The notes under the pieces: generated by a model
What the model was told of the DNA's origin: nothing
The model's database searches: none
Seen by the model: the letters and a program-made list of their open reading frames with translations, nothing else
Part shown: piece after piece, positions 47,759 through 60,572 of the stretch
Layout: each line of letters starts with the position of its first letter
How positions within the stretch are numbered: the stretch's first letter is position 1
Made by a program: the position numbers and the translations under genes
Source of the DNA: Centroscyllium fabricii
Lineage: Eukaryota
Length of the DNA stretch: 64,000 nucleotides
Assembly: GCA_051313645.2 (NCBI GenBank)
Contig: JBNRSN020000025.1
Location: 69,688,001-69,752,000, forward strand
Direction: 5' to 3'

Positions 47759-48497
47759 GGGGGTCAGATGTCGAAGGCAGGCATCACGGCCACCGGACTT
47801 GCATTATGGTAATGATAGCATCACTTTGCATAATAGAAGTCCAAAATTAAAACAGGACTACATGAACTTTTGCAATGGACATAACACCAATTATCTATTA
47901 TTCTGCACACCCCTTCGATACTTTTTGAATTTCTAGATGATTCTCAAGAGGCAGGAATAACAGAATTGTACTTTTGTCATCAATTAAGTGATTATAGTTG
48001 TGCGAAAATACACTTTCTTGTTCTGGACTAGTTACAGTGCAGATCTGTAAAGTAAAGTTTTGAACAGGATTGTATTTTGTTGGTTGAGATCAAGACCTCA
48101 GGGTTTTTCTCACCTCTGCCACCTGTCAGGAGTTGGATACGAGTACTGCTGGGGAGCTAGGACTATTGTCTTTACTTCACTGTAGGAAACGACCTGCTAC
48201 TTTCCCGGGTGGAGGATCGCAGACTGAACTACTTCTACCAATGTCTGGCAAGCAGTGTGTGTCTCAAGCATCATGCAGATGTGAGCCATGTGCAAAAAGT
48301 AACCAGAGGAAGCTTTGGCAAGCTCCACATGGTTCAGGTGGATGCAGGCCTGCAGCTTCCCCGCTCTGCCACTGGTAGCACACCAAACAGCATCAGAGAA
48401 CCATGTTTCTTTGGGCTCAGTGAGCTGCCACTAGGTCTCCATCTAGCTCTTAGTGAAGATTTTTTCCAGAAATAGCAAATACAGGAGTGACAGTTTA

Positions 48498-48893
48498 ACA
48501 TAGAAACATAGAAGATATGAGCAGGAGTAGGCCATTCGGCCCTTCGAGTCTGCTCCGCCATTCAATGAGATCATGGCTGATCATCCAAACCCAGTACCCC
48601 GCCCCTGCCCTCTCCCCATATCCCTCGATCCCTATCGAGCCTGCACCGACACATATCCCACCCTATCACCGTAACCCCACATATTCAATCCCCCTAACAC
48701 TAAGGGTCAATTTATCATGGCCAATCAACCTAACCTGCACATCTTTGGACTGTGGGAGGAAACCGGAGCACCCGGAGGAAACCCACGCAGACACGGGGAG
48801 AATGTGCAAACTCCACACAGATAGTACCCGAGGCCGGATTTGAACCCGGGTCTCCAGTGCTGTGAGACAACAGTGCTAACCACTGTGCCGCCC
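48498..48893 (-). mobile_element. tRNA-derived V-SINE (HE1-like), full length
   Basis: Reverse strand shows the tRNA head gggcggcacagtggttagcac, V-domain and CR1-like tail. Confidence 0.88.
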
Positions 48894-49872
48894 ACTGCTT
48901 TCCGGGGACTACAGAAGCTACCTGCCTGACTAGTATGGAGGCTTCTCTTGCAACAGTGGCTACTCTCAATTGGTCATATTGTCATTTCAACATTTTTGAT
49001 TAAACTAGTTTATCAAGTTGCACAATACACAACAGTCTTATTGTTTTACATTTGGCCTAAATTGGCAGAAATGTACGATGAAACCTGCGTAACCCTTGGG
49101 TTAATGAATTAGAGTGGGAAGGTGTACAAACGTTTCCAGTAGCTCTTCCAGGGCACAGCTGGGCTCTGGGGCTGCTAGCTAGGTCTCACAACACTTTTCA
49201 CTTTTACCTTGTATCTGAGGTTGGCCTGGTTGTATCAATCTTAGTTTTCTATTGCGGGCTTTCGATTGGCCAAAAAAAAAAACCTTTCCTTCAAAGCACT
49301 TTTCAGCCTTTGAAGGTTGCTTCCATCTCCTTAAATATTTAAAGAGAGTTAGGAAAGATAGATAAGTTAGATTAAATAGCGGGGGAGAGGTCAGAGATTA
49401 GAGAAGAGCATGACAGTGTAAGCAGAAATCGTGCTTAATTAAAATTATATGCAGCAAATGCTGATTTGGCATTTTGAGGATTAATATTACATTAATTGCT
49501 CTGCTCCCAACATTTGACTAGCTTTATTAGTGAAATGTGTGTTTGTTTTACCCCTCAGTATCTCAAGGTGAACCAGTGATTGCTGGGAGACCGGGATTTC
49601 CCTGGAGCTGCTGTTAGTTGTAGGATTATTAGGTCTTGGACCAATTCTCCATCCAAGTATCAATGAACATTTGAGTGTGGACCCAAATTAGTTTCAGGTT
49701 CTCCATCTCCGCATAAAACATGTGGGAAAATCAACTAAATGTGCTTTAAAATTTAATAAAACCTCAAAGTAGCTAAAGCTAAGGCATACACTATTCTACA
49801 TTTCAGCTTAAATATACAAGAACATTTATGAATGCACAGAAAACAGGACTATTTTATATGGCTCGGATGGCT

Positions 49873-50246
49873 GGGACGACATGGTGGCGCAGTGGTTAGC
49901 ACTGCTGCCTCGCAATAAGGAGCTCCTGGGTTCGAATCCTGCTTGGTCTGGGACCTCTGCGTGGAGTTTGCATGTTTTCCCCGTGTTCGTGTGGGTTTCC
50001 TCCGGGTACTCCGGTTTCCTCCCACCACCCAAAGACATGCAGGTTAGGTGAATTGGAGATACTAAAAATTGCCCATGAGTATGTGTGTGAGATATAGTTC
50101 TTAGAGTTGGGGGTGTCGGGGAATATGGGGAGAGGGTAGGAGGGGGGTGCTGGGTTTGGATGATCAGCCATGATCTCGTCAAAATGGCGGAGCATGCTCG
50201 AAGGGCCAAATGGCCTACTCCTGCTCCTACCTTCTGTGTTTCTGTG
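49873..50246 (+). mobile_element. tRNA-derived V-SINE (same subfamily as 955-1339)
   Basis: gggacgacatggtggcgcagtggttagcactgctgcctcgc head, V-domain and tail. Confidence 0.88.
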
Positions 50247-50599
50247 AACTACATGATATATGCATCTTCTAAAAAAACAAATGGAAATGATTTGAATACT
50301 GTAATCTGATTTTGGTCTTCAGCTGACTCACAAGCAGTTCAAATGTTTTACTTGTCACCTCAGCCTTTCTGCTGTTACAATATTGAAAGTCAGAGGGTAT
50401 TTATTAATTACTCGCTCTGGAGAATTTTTGTGAACTTATTTCCTAATCCTCTCAATAACTTGGCAGTGATTCGGTCACAAGCACTCCGCTAGCGTGGGCA
50501 TCCCACGTTGGGCACACTGGGCAGCGGTGTAAGCACAGACAGCTGATGTTGGCAAAAAGACCCAACACTGAATAAAATCAGCCTGCGAAATTCATAACA

Positions 50600-50897
50600 C
50601 AGGTTGAGCACCGGTAATCCGGCACCCAATGGTCCGGCAGCTTCAGTGGTCCGGCATGATTGGAAACCGGTGATGGGTGAGCAAGCGGCAAAGGCGTCGG
50701 GCGTTTGGGTTTCTGTTTTTTTAGGTTTGGTAAGTGTTCTGTCCCCGGGCTCCCTCCCGGGGAATGTTCTACCGTGCACTCCGGGGCCCGGGGAGTGTTC
50801 TACCGCGCGCTCCCACCGAATCTTCAGTGGTTCGGAATTTTCAGTGGTCCGGCACCGGCCTGGTCCCGAGGGTGCCGGATTAATGGTGCTCAACCTG
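50600..50897. mobile_element. TA-target MITE (copy 9), unexpanded relative of copy 5
   Basis: CAGGTTGAGCACCGGTAATCC...GGATTAATGGTGCTCAACCTG|ta. Contains only two gggga(a/g)tgttctaccg units. Confidence 0.88.
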
Positions 50898-52377
50898 TAT
50901 AGATCATTTAAAAATTGAACACCTTGACATGATTTAATGCAACTGCTTGAATGAGAACATCTACCTGTAACCTTAAATGACTTAACTGCCTGGTCATCAC
51001 TCACAGGTAGGTAGCCGTTATTCTTCACATTGTTCACTAAAAGTGCTGTTGAGGAACCAGACTAGACTCGGTGGTTTACTCAAAATTAATCATCAAACAA
51101 CAGCAGACGGCATAACTCACAAGCAGCAACGAGACTTGTAAGTGATTCTACCTTGTTATGCATCACTGTCAGCCTTTAGATTGCTTGTGCAATTGGAATA
51201 TATCAGCTGGAAGCAATGTAGCAGAAGTCAATCATTACGTTTACTGAACTATGACAAATGGCACTGTAGCTTTTTAAATATTCTACAGAAACTGAATAAA
51301 TTATCTTCAGAAGGCTACAGAATATGCAATTTAAAATCTTGTGTACAAATTACATGTCTTTACAGCAGGTCTTTATTAGCAGTGTCATTAAGTGTGGCAA
51401 CACCGCTGATAAAAACCTGCTGGGTAGTGTAATTTGCACACCGAATTTTAAATTGCATTTGCTCTCCAATCCTTTGAAGGTAATGTTCGGATTGCAAAAG
51501 TAATCTAAAAGATATGTACTGCTACTAAAATGCTTAGGAAAAATAGCACTTGAACCAACATGGTTTAATGATGCCCCAATAATGCTGCTTGTGCAAGTCG
51601 CACATTGCTCTCACCAGTACCACTAGTGAAAGACATGTAATCACTAGTACTTCACCACAGTGGTACAACTCAAAATCCTTGCTGCAGGCTCTCGATGGGT
51701 ACGGTACTGGATTAACGACCTAGAAGTTGTGAATTCAAATCACACCATGGCAAATTATGAAACTGAATTAAATAAATCTGGTAATTTGTAGGCTGGCACC
51801 AGAAAAAAAAAAACTGACCAGTGAAAGCTGCTGAATGTTTGTAAAGATCTAACTGGTCCACTGCTATACCAAGGCTGCTGTACATGTGACTCCAGTCTTG
51901 TGCTAAGCGGTTGACATTCAAAGCCCTCTGAAATGGCCATGCGCAAAAAGGTTGTAGAAAGCCCATATTTAGGATAACTAGGGATGGCAATAAATGCGGC
52001 CTCAGCGGCACTCTCCAACCCACAGAACAAATAAAAATCCAATTTTAGAAGGGCAAAATCTACAGCTCACGTCAAGGAAGAAGTGCAGTCCATGTTAATT
52101 TTACAAAGGCAGAACAACAATCGGTCTTGCTCCAGGCTTTCATATTCCCAATACAAAGTTGGCGTGGCACAGTTACAAATAAGTGTTTTTGAGATGCATT
52201 CAATATTCAACTTGGTTCACAGCAAACTAAGATTTTCAAACAATAATTGGGATACACTGAAATGCAAAAACACGTTTAAAGGTAATAAATTGAATGAGTC
52301 AGAAATAAAAGCAGAGTATTCATTCTGTTCCTATTTAAAAGATAAAACTCTCAAGTAGTTAGTGGCTTAACACTTAC

Positions 52378-52486
52378 CATATGTAGTGAAGTCACCGGGA
52401 CCCGGTCCCGAATAGAACGGACCAGGAGGTGGCTGGACAGAATACTGCTGAGGGGGCCCCATGTATGGAGCTGCACTGGGGCGGAA
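52378..52486 (-). CDS. EIF4G3: EIF4G3 exon (FRPSAAPYMGPPQQYSVQPPPGPFYSGPGPGDFTTY)
   Basis: Acceptor ttttgtgacag| and donor TATG|gtaagt. 109 nt, phase 0 to 1. Matches human YRHSGPPYVGPPQQYPVQPPGPGPFYPGPGPGDF. Confidence 0.96.
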
Positions 52487-54010
52487 CTGTCACAAAAGCA
52501 AAAAACAAAATTAGTTTTTGTGCAAGTCATTCTTTCCCAACAAAACTTTAAATTCTACAGTTCTGGAATACACATTCAAACTGATTTTCTTGAAAAACGA
52601 ATTGTAACGTTACTTGAAACAACTGCAGGCCTACTGTCTGGTACCATAAGTCTGTTATGTCTCTTTGCAACAGCCCTATCCACTCGATAAGAACATTTTC
52701 AAACCAAAGTCCACTAATCTACAAATGGTATAACAAAGGCCTTAAGCTAAAGACAGACGATAGGTTTCAGATCACTGTTAGCACAGATTCAACCACCAGA
52801 ATTAGCTGCTTCACCAGTAATTTGCAACCAGTTGTTATTTCTCAAAGATTCCACGAGGTGGCTTAACTCAAAGCTGAGCATCATTTCATGAAAGGGGAGG
52901 GGACTGAGGCTCAATTTACCAGCAGAATAAACCTCAATAGCCAATTGACAGATTATAAAATTGTGAAAATTCTTGCACATCATGCCTTTCTGACATAAGG
53001 GGCACATCAAACAAAATTTCTTCTGTTTTTAACAGAAGCCAGTTAGGAAATCAACTAAACATTCCTTGCTTTTAGGTATTCTGGAATAAACCAAACTGTA
53101 TAATAAAACAATATGTACTGTGCCAAAGTTTTTAATAGTCAATTCCTGTTATATAACTACTCATTTTTCCACAATAGGTATGTCACTTGTCAGGAATTCA
53201 TAGTCATTTTATGATGATTTTTTCTGAATGCTTTTAATTCAGTAAAATACGACTCAATGTTTCACATTACTTTTAATCAACTGCAGCTTGATGCACGGTT
53301 GATAACTGAAGTCACATTCAGGTGACAGTATACAAGTTCAACTTTTAGAAAAGCCTTGCTGAAAGAGAGAGACTTTATTAAAGACATGAAAACAGTGTGA
53401 AAAGAAACAAAACCATGCAAAATAAACGATGCCGGGATACTAATTGACTGAAATACTGTCAATGATACGGAGAGAAGAAACGGAGGTACTTGTGCCACAA
53501 CCATAACATCTGTGCAGTGGGGAAGGAGGGAAACAGCGCGTGAACGGACCTTTTTACAATTGGACAGCTCCTAGCAGTATTCTTTTGTTTGGACGGCTAT
53601 CTGTTCATTTGTGACCATTGAGAAACAACTGACATTTTATCAAGAAAATGGCTTGGATTAAGAATTCACCCAAGTTCATACAAGGCCAGTACGTTTTGCA
53701 CTCCAGGAATCTCATCAATATTCGCCCCTCCTTTGCCATCTACAAGGATACTTTCTTGCCATCGGTGCGGCGACCGGACTCCACAGCTTTGCCTAAGTCA
53801 CACTCAACTAGTTGGTTCGAGAGCAGCGAAGTCAAGTTACCTCTACTTATCACATTCCAGGTCACCGTAACTGCAACCTGCAACCATCATGTGGGAGGAC
53901 ACAGTGGAGGGGGATGTTTAGGCCAACAATAAAATACACATCCGTAGCACAATGTGCTTGCGCACTAAGGCATTCCAATACTGGAAACAGAGTACCATGT
54001 GTTTTTTATA

Positions 54011-54570
54011 CAGGAAACTCTCGTTTAAACGGCACCTAAATATCCAGAATTCTCCATTAACCGACAAAATTCAGGAGTAGGTTCAGGTACGTTTTACTGT
54101 ATATTAGTGGCCGTGTAACTGGGGTTCCTGCACCTGTGGCCGTGTAACCGGGGTTTCTGCACCTGTGGCCGTGTAACCGGGGTTCCTGCACCTGTGGCCG
54201 TGTAACCGGGGTTCCTGCACAAGTGGTCGTGTAACCGGGGTTCCTGCACAAGTGGCCGTGTAACCGGGGTTCCTGCACCTGTGGCCGTGTAACCAGGGTT
54301 CCTGCACCTGTGGCCGTGTAACCGGGGTTCCTGGATCTGTGGCCGTGTAACCGGGACTCCTGCACAAGTGGCCGTGTAACCGGGGTTCCTGGATCTGTGG
54401 CCATGTAACCGGGGCTCCTGCACCTGTGGCCATGTAACCGGGGCTCCTGCACCTGTGGCCGTGTAACATGGCTCTCGTACCTTGGTAGGTATACATCTTC
54501 GTTATCCGGAATTTTTAATCAACCGGCACCATCCCGATCTCGTAGGTGCCGGATACCAAAGAGTTTCCTG
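54011..54570. mobile_element. TA-target Tigger-like MITE enclosing a 29-bp minisatellite (~12 units, 54107-54467)
   Basis: ta|CAGGAAACTCT...AGAGTTTCCTG|ta. Unit gtggccgtgtaaccggggttcctgcacct. Confidence 0.85.
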
Positions 54571-55105
54571 TATTATGAAGTGCATCATAAATGTGTAATA
54601 ATTCTATGTGGGGGAAGAAATAATCACTAGAGAAAAAATATTTTAAGAATGTGGTATGGTTACTCACACAAAGGAATAATTTTGAAGAAACGGCAATGAA
54701 AAAAAAACCCTTCATTGAATACCTTCAGATATTCTCAGATACATTGTCTGCACCCTTTAAACAGGTTCAATATAGTTTTGCTCGATACTAGTACAATAAT
54801 TTACATATATATATATTTCAAAAACAAAACAAGTACATCATTTGTGCACTTTTATGAAAATAAAGCCCACTCTTAATTCAAAGTCGGTCAGTTCAAAATT
54901 TTGGATAATTCTTTTTTTAAGTGCAAAATATGACTGAATTATCAGGAACAGACTATAAAGTGCAACATCCCAGCTGTGCAGTGGAGAAAGGAACACGTTT
55001 GACTAAAAGCACTGGCACCCCACTCTGCAAACGGACGTGGGGCTAACTGTAAAGATTACCATTACTTCTGGCTCAGATGATGAACAGCAGCCACTCTTCT
55101 CTTAC

Positions 55106-55291
55106 CGGGTTAGTGATATAATACGGAGCCTGAGGGGCTGGGGGGTATGGCACAGGTGGGTTCATCATTATTATGGGCCCTTGGCTGGGCGGATAGACTG
55201 CTGCCGTTGCAGTCTGTGTTCCTGGGCGCATGGAAGGATTGTTATTCGGTATGCTAGGTCTAGTTGGCTGCATCGGTGGTCTTTGAAAAAA
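55106..55291 (-). CDS. EIF4G3: EIF4G3 exon (FFQRPPMQPTRPSIPNNNPSMRPGTQTATAAVY...YYITNP)
   Basis: Acceptor ttcttttctgcag| and donor CCG|gtaaga. 186 nt, phase 0-0. Matches human FFQRPQIQPPRATIPNSSPSIRPGAQTPTAVY. Confidence 0.96.
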
Positions 55292-56094
55292 CTGCAGAAA
55301 AGAACAAAATGATAAATGTCAACAAACCTCCCTCAATGTGTATTACATATCATGCACCACACCTTTCCAAACCAAACTTTAAAAAAAATCATCAGTGAAA
55401 GAGAAAATGATTTCCATTCATGCGCTGCACTCAAGTAAAAAAAAAACTCAATTCATGGAAATATGCTGGCAGCACTACCCTTGGACTGGTCACTTCCCCC
55501 AGCTGTGGTGATGGGTTCCAGCCCCAAGGGCAGCAGACACACCAAGACCTGGATCAGCATTTGCACTGAGTTATGCAGCACTTGGTGGCAAATGCTCACC
55601 ACTGGCAAACTCGGCCATTCGGAGGGCCTTGCCCTGCAGGAGCACAGATCCCCTCAGCTAGTCAGAGGAACTGGACCACCTGCTGCTCTCCCATGATAAA
55701 CCAGGGCACATCTACATCCATTCATTCATCCATTCAAAAAATCACATTAATGGCAGAACAAGTTTACGATTAATTCTAAATAGGTTGGCACTTGACTTTT
55801 TAATGTTTATTTTGATGAATTTCCAATCAACATCATAACAATGGGTCTGTAAAGGGCAATTTCCTTTCATTCTTCAAAAGCAATTAACAGCTTGTAGATC
55901 TGTGAAGTCAAAGACTTCAATTTTAAACATTTCTAAGGTAACTTGTAATATAACTGATCTGCACAGATCTATGCACAAATTGGATGGCTGAAATATGCCT
56001 CCAAAGCGTGAAAACAATAATTCTATTAACGCTGCCATATGACCCGCTGACCCATTTTCAGTATTTAGCAAAGTTACTTATCAGTTGATATTAC

Positions 56095-56115
56095 CTGGAT
56101 AGGTCTGAATCCTCC
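56095..56115 (-). CDS. EIF4G3: EIF4G3 21-nt neuronal microexon (GGFRPIQ)
   Basis: ttgttgaag|GGAGGATTCAGACCTATCCAG|gtaata. Peptide matches the mammalian eIF4G3 microexon as I recall it, in the expected position upstream of the FFQRP exon. Confidence 0.93.
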
Positions 56116-58935
56116 CTTCAACAATGAAGCGATCAAAGTAGCAGAAAAGAGAGAAAGCCAATGGAACAGCTTATAGATCAGTAGGAAGAGTCATGCTGTA
56201 CATGCATTCAGTGCAACAGCCAATGATTTTTCACATCTAAGAGACCTGTTAAAGTTTCTCTCTCCCTCTAGTACAAGGCAAACCTAAATGACCCAGACTG
56301 ATGCATTTCACATTTTTAGCCGTGCAGTATACAATTTACAGCATACTTAGAAAGGCACAGAACCACCATTCTGCATCAGTGAGAGGAACCAATCCCACTT
56401 GGCTGCACATTGGGGTCGGTGGCCATGGAACGACCAGGAGTACTTCCAATAGTAATCGTGAAATAATACTGCACTTCCTTTTAAAAAATTTATTCTATGA
56501 TTGTCCACAATAGGGTGGAAAATCATTGGCTCCAAATATAGCTTCATTATACTGGAGAAGGCATTTTAGTTCTTCCTGCTAACCAGTAGTTTAAATGAAC
56601 AAGATCTGTGCCCAGTAACGTATCAGAACATGAAGGTGAACAACAATATCACTGTTTGACTGGAAAAAATGATCACAAGGAGCGTGCCTTTAGGCAAGAC
56701 AAATATTTAATCATAGATCAAGACATTCACTGTGGCATGGTTTGACAACAGATTACTATTAGTTCAGACAAACTAGCTCTGCTGTCTCTTTGGAGGACAG
56801 TACGTTCCAACTGATGTAGGTTAAGATTTTCTATTGAAAAGAGGTGGGGCTGTTTTGTATTCGATACGGTTTCCTATTTCACTCATTATTTCTTCTTCCC
56901 TATTCAACAAGAAAGAACTATCGTCACTTCCTGAAGGATTTTAACTTCAAATCTCAGCTTGGAGCTGGCTCTTTCTTGTGAAAGAAATACTGTTGGACCC
57001 AGCTCTATTGCTGAAGTCCAGACTGGGACCCAATTCAGTAAACTGGGTGCACTGAAATTATAGCAATTAGATGAGCTGATTGCCGCCTTGTCTGAGTCTC
57101 AATGCTCTCAAAGGTAGGTTTCATCATTGACCAGCACTTAAACTTTAATTGGGAGCGTATGAAGTGCTGGCGTTCTGTCTCGCTCCACCTGCTTGCCCGT
57201 GGAGGAAATTGCCACCTAGAACAGCAACCAGCTGGTCTTGTAGTCAAGATGCGTTCCACTCCACTCACTGGCACTTCAATCTTAAATGCTGTTGGTGAGC
57301 GGAGCTCGTCTCTTCACCCCACGATAAGTTGATTATACCAGCAGCTGGTAATTTCCTCCATCGTCAGGATAAGTGGACAGAAGCAGATCAGTGGCAATTC
57401 ACAGAAAAAATGTGCTATTGGGTGGAGAGACCTGGAGGGCGCGCACACTTTCAGGAGCACTGTACTCAAATGCTCAGTCGGGTATTTGAATTGGCCTTCA
57501 GTAAATCCAATGTTTAAGTAGGTTGGGGTGTGACACTGGCGAGACCGAAAACATCAGCAATAAAAATGACAAATTTATTTATAATAAAGTTATTCTTTAA
57601 AAAAAATAAAAAAATCTTCAAAAGCATTTGTATTACATATAGTAAGTTGCTTGTATAAAGGAAATAGTTTTGTCTGGGATTTCAGTGATACATAAAATGG
57701 CAGACTTGTGAAGATTTCATGCAGCTGTACTGTGGGTGTCTCAACCCCTGGCAATAAAATTATAGATTATGTCCTCCGCTCAAATATGAGTAATGTCTGA
57801 AGAGAGCATGCCGAGTTCTAAAACACTAGGGTGGCGAAGTGCTCATGGTTTCAGCTCTGTCACTGCTGGTGAGAGCATTTCGATAAGTTAATGCCGGTGC
57901 ACAAAAAGCATATTTGCACAGCATTGAAGCACAGCGGCTGGAGTGTAATACTTGTTACCGTGTACTGGTACCAATGTGCAAAGTAAGCCCAGTGACGAGT
58001 GACATCACATCAGTGGCTGGACTTCAAGGCAACAGGGTCACAATTAGTCAGGCTACGTTGGAAACATGAAACTTCTTGAAGCCCATTCTCAAAAGATTAA
58101 ACTTGGATTCAACTGCAAAACTATTTGCTTTTTGTTGTGGGTTTAAACATAGCATTCCAACTCTTGATTACTTTACAGTCTTTACTTTGTAGTTCTGATT
58201 AGTAATAGTGCAGCTTATCTACCACAGGGACCACGAGCAGCTAATTAACAGCATGTGTTAGACACAAGTAGAAGTGTCAAATTGAGGGTTTGGACCAACA
58301 GCAGAAAGATGAATCCAATCTAAACGGTTAAGAAATGTTATCAGTTGGTGACATCCTGAATTGTGGAGCGGCAGCACTAAATTCATGCCTAACAATTCTG
58401 TATGGAAGAAGTTCATCATCTCAACTGGACTACCAAGGAGACAGAGGATTCAACCAGAGAAATAATCAAGGGGCAAATCGCCCGGGGATACACATGCACT
58501 CCCCACAGAGGCACATCGACGGAGGTCTGGGGGCAGGTCACTCGTTTGCCTCCTTCACTAGGGACTGGTGTATAGCAAAGGGGTGTGAGGCGAGAGAGAC
58601 AGGTTAAAGTATTAACGACGTGCGAGGATGGGAGCAAAAATAATTCATGACAAATTGTTAAGTTTTGGACCAATCCAGAACTTATGAACAGCTTTGGAAC
58701 TAAAGAACATTGCAGAACCAATGTAACGAAAGTGATAATCTTAGGATGTTTTTATAACACATTCAGTTTCATTATTAGAATGGAGATCGAGTACCCTAAA
58801 TTTGATATCCCTGGTTGATACAAAAGAACCTCCTTAAAGGAGATAACTTTTTTCCACGTTCCTAATAAACCTAAATAGGCCAGAGCAGTGAGAGGAGATA
58901 TTCACTCCTGTATTTTTTGTTCTTTTATCATTCCC

Positions 58936-59208
58936 CACAGCGCTAGGGGCCCGGGTTCAAATCCGGCCTCGGGTACTATCTGTGTGGAGTTTGCACATTC
59001 TCCCCGTGTCTGCGTGGGTTTCCTCCCGGGGGCTCCGGTTTCCTCCCACAGTCCAAAGATGTGCGGGTTAGGTTGATTGGCCAGGATAAATTGACCCTTA
59101 GTGTTAGGGGGATTGAATATGCGGGGGTTACAGGGATAGGGTGGGATATGTGTCGGTGCAGGCTCGGTGGGCCGAAATGGCCTCTATCTGCACTGTAGGG
59201 ATTCTATG
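58936..59208 (+). mobile_element. V-SINE, 5'-clipped, with an alternative 3' tail
   Basis: V-domain as in the other copies; tail gggccgaaatggcctctatctgcactgtagggattctatg. Confidence 0.8.
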
Positions 59209-59239
59209 ATCACCGGTTTCATCAAATTGGTCAGCGAAC

Positions 59240-59750
59240 AGGTTTACGGGAACAATGAACATGCACTTAGAACAGATTTATTTAATAACTGCATACTGGT
59301 AGGGTAACAAGGTATATTATGCTGCAACAAATCCACTGACCACTGCAGATTCAGCTTTGGGCTTAGTTGCAACTTGGTGTCAGAGAAAAGGAAGACTGGC
59401 AAATTCACTGGGAGGATAAAGCTCACAGACTAATTAAGTTTCAGATAATGTGTTGCCATGACTTTCATACAAATGAAAAGTGAAGTCAACTAATTTAAAT
59501 ATTATGTACTGTCTGAGGAGAGAGACTCCGTCTTCCTCTATATGCAAGGAAACGAGCTGTTCCAAGTACAGCCAGGAAATCCAGTGATCATTATCACTGT
59601 AGAAAAAAGGTTTACAGGAACAATGAACAAGCACTTAAAACAGATCCATTTAATAACTGCATACTGGTAGGGTAACAAGGTACATTATGAAGCATAAATC
59701 CATTGACCACTGCAGATTCAACTTTGGGCTTAGCTGCAACTTGATGTCAG
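59240..59750. repeat. Local direct duplication of ~143 bp (59240-59383 and 59608-59750)
   Basis: Both copies read aggtttac.ggaacaatgaaca.gcactta...gaccactgcagattca.ctttgggcttag.tgcaacttg.tgtcag. Confidence 0.85.
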
Positions 59751-60477
59751 CATATCTGTACTTGTTTAATATTGAAGAGAAACATGGAGGCAAGATGCCA
59801 ACATTTTTACATTGCTGCTCATCACAAGTGATTATATACTCCAGTGTAAGTGCCAAATTTGAACATGCGGCATATCTGGAGACTTAACACATACTGCACC
59901 CAGATCATGACGGGACAGCTTGCTTTTTTCCTGGTTGCACAGATGCAATGCAGGACAAATCTCAGATTTATTGTTATTCCAACCTGCAATGTCCTGCATG
60001 GACACTGCATCGAAACTCACCCAGATGGTTGTGAACTGGGTGATAATGACTGCCCATCAGCGAGTTGAGTCAGTTACTAAAGTAAGTTACCAAGAAAGTA
60101 AGAAATGCCTCACTATAGCAGAAGGATATTTTGGGGAAGGCAGGGTAACTCAACTGCGGTTTAATTCCCCTCCTTAACAACACAGACACGTAGCTGCAGT
60201 TATGCTGGTAATGTTCTCATTTGGATTTCCAGACAATGAGCTGGCTCAAGCCCGGCTCACGTGACACCACCACACGCCAGCTTCGGAACGCGGCGACATC
60301 AGCATGCAGCGGCCTCCGGCAGCGATGGGGAGCCGGGCGCCGAGTTTTGGCTGTGCTGCGTCCTGCAGAAGGCGGCAACAGCTCATTTTCTGGGCCTGGG
60401 ATTCACGATCGGCATCGGGGTGGTCACTAAGCCAGGATCCAGTGAGTATATGCTGGGGGAAAGGGAAGCCCAGCCCC

Positions 60478-60572
60478 GACAGCAGCCATTTTGAATTGTC
60501 TGCGCATGCGCCGGGCAGTCGGGAAAATATCTGCCAAACGATGAAGCTGCCGGTTTAACGAACTTCAACCCG
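60478..60572. mobile_element. Partial TA-target MITE (copy 10, one arm)
   Basis: gcagccattttgaa..tctgcgcatgcgccgggcagtcggg...ttaacgaacttcaacccg. Confidence 0.6.

Noticed and set aside
49873-49945. tRNA gene
   Set aside because: The A/B-box head continues directly into a SINE body and tail. The same applies to the other tRNA-like heads.
54057-54496. Repetitive ORFs (QEPRLHGHRCRNPGYTAT)n
   Set aside because: Translation of the 29-bp minisatellite.
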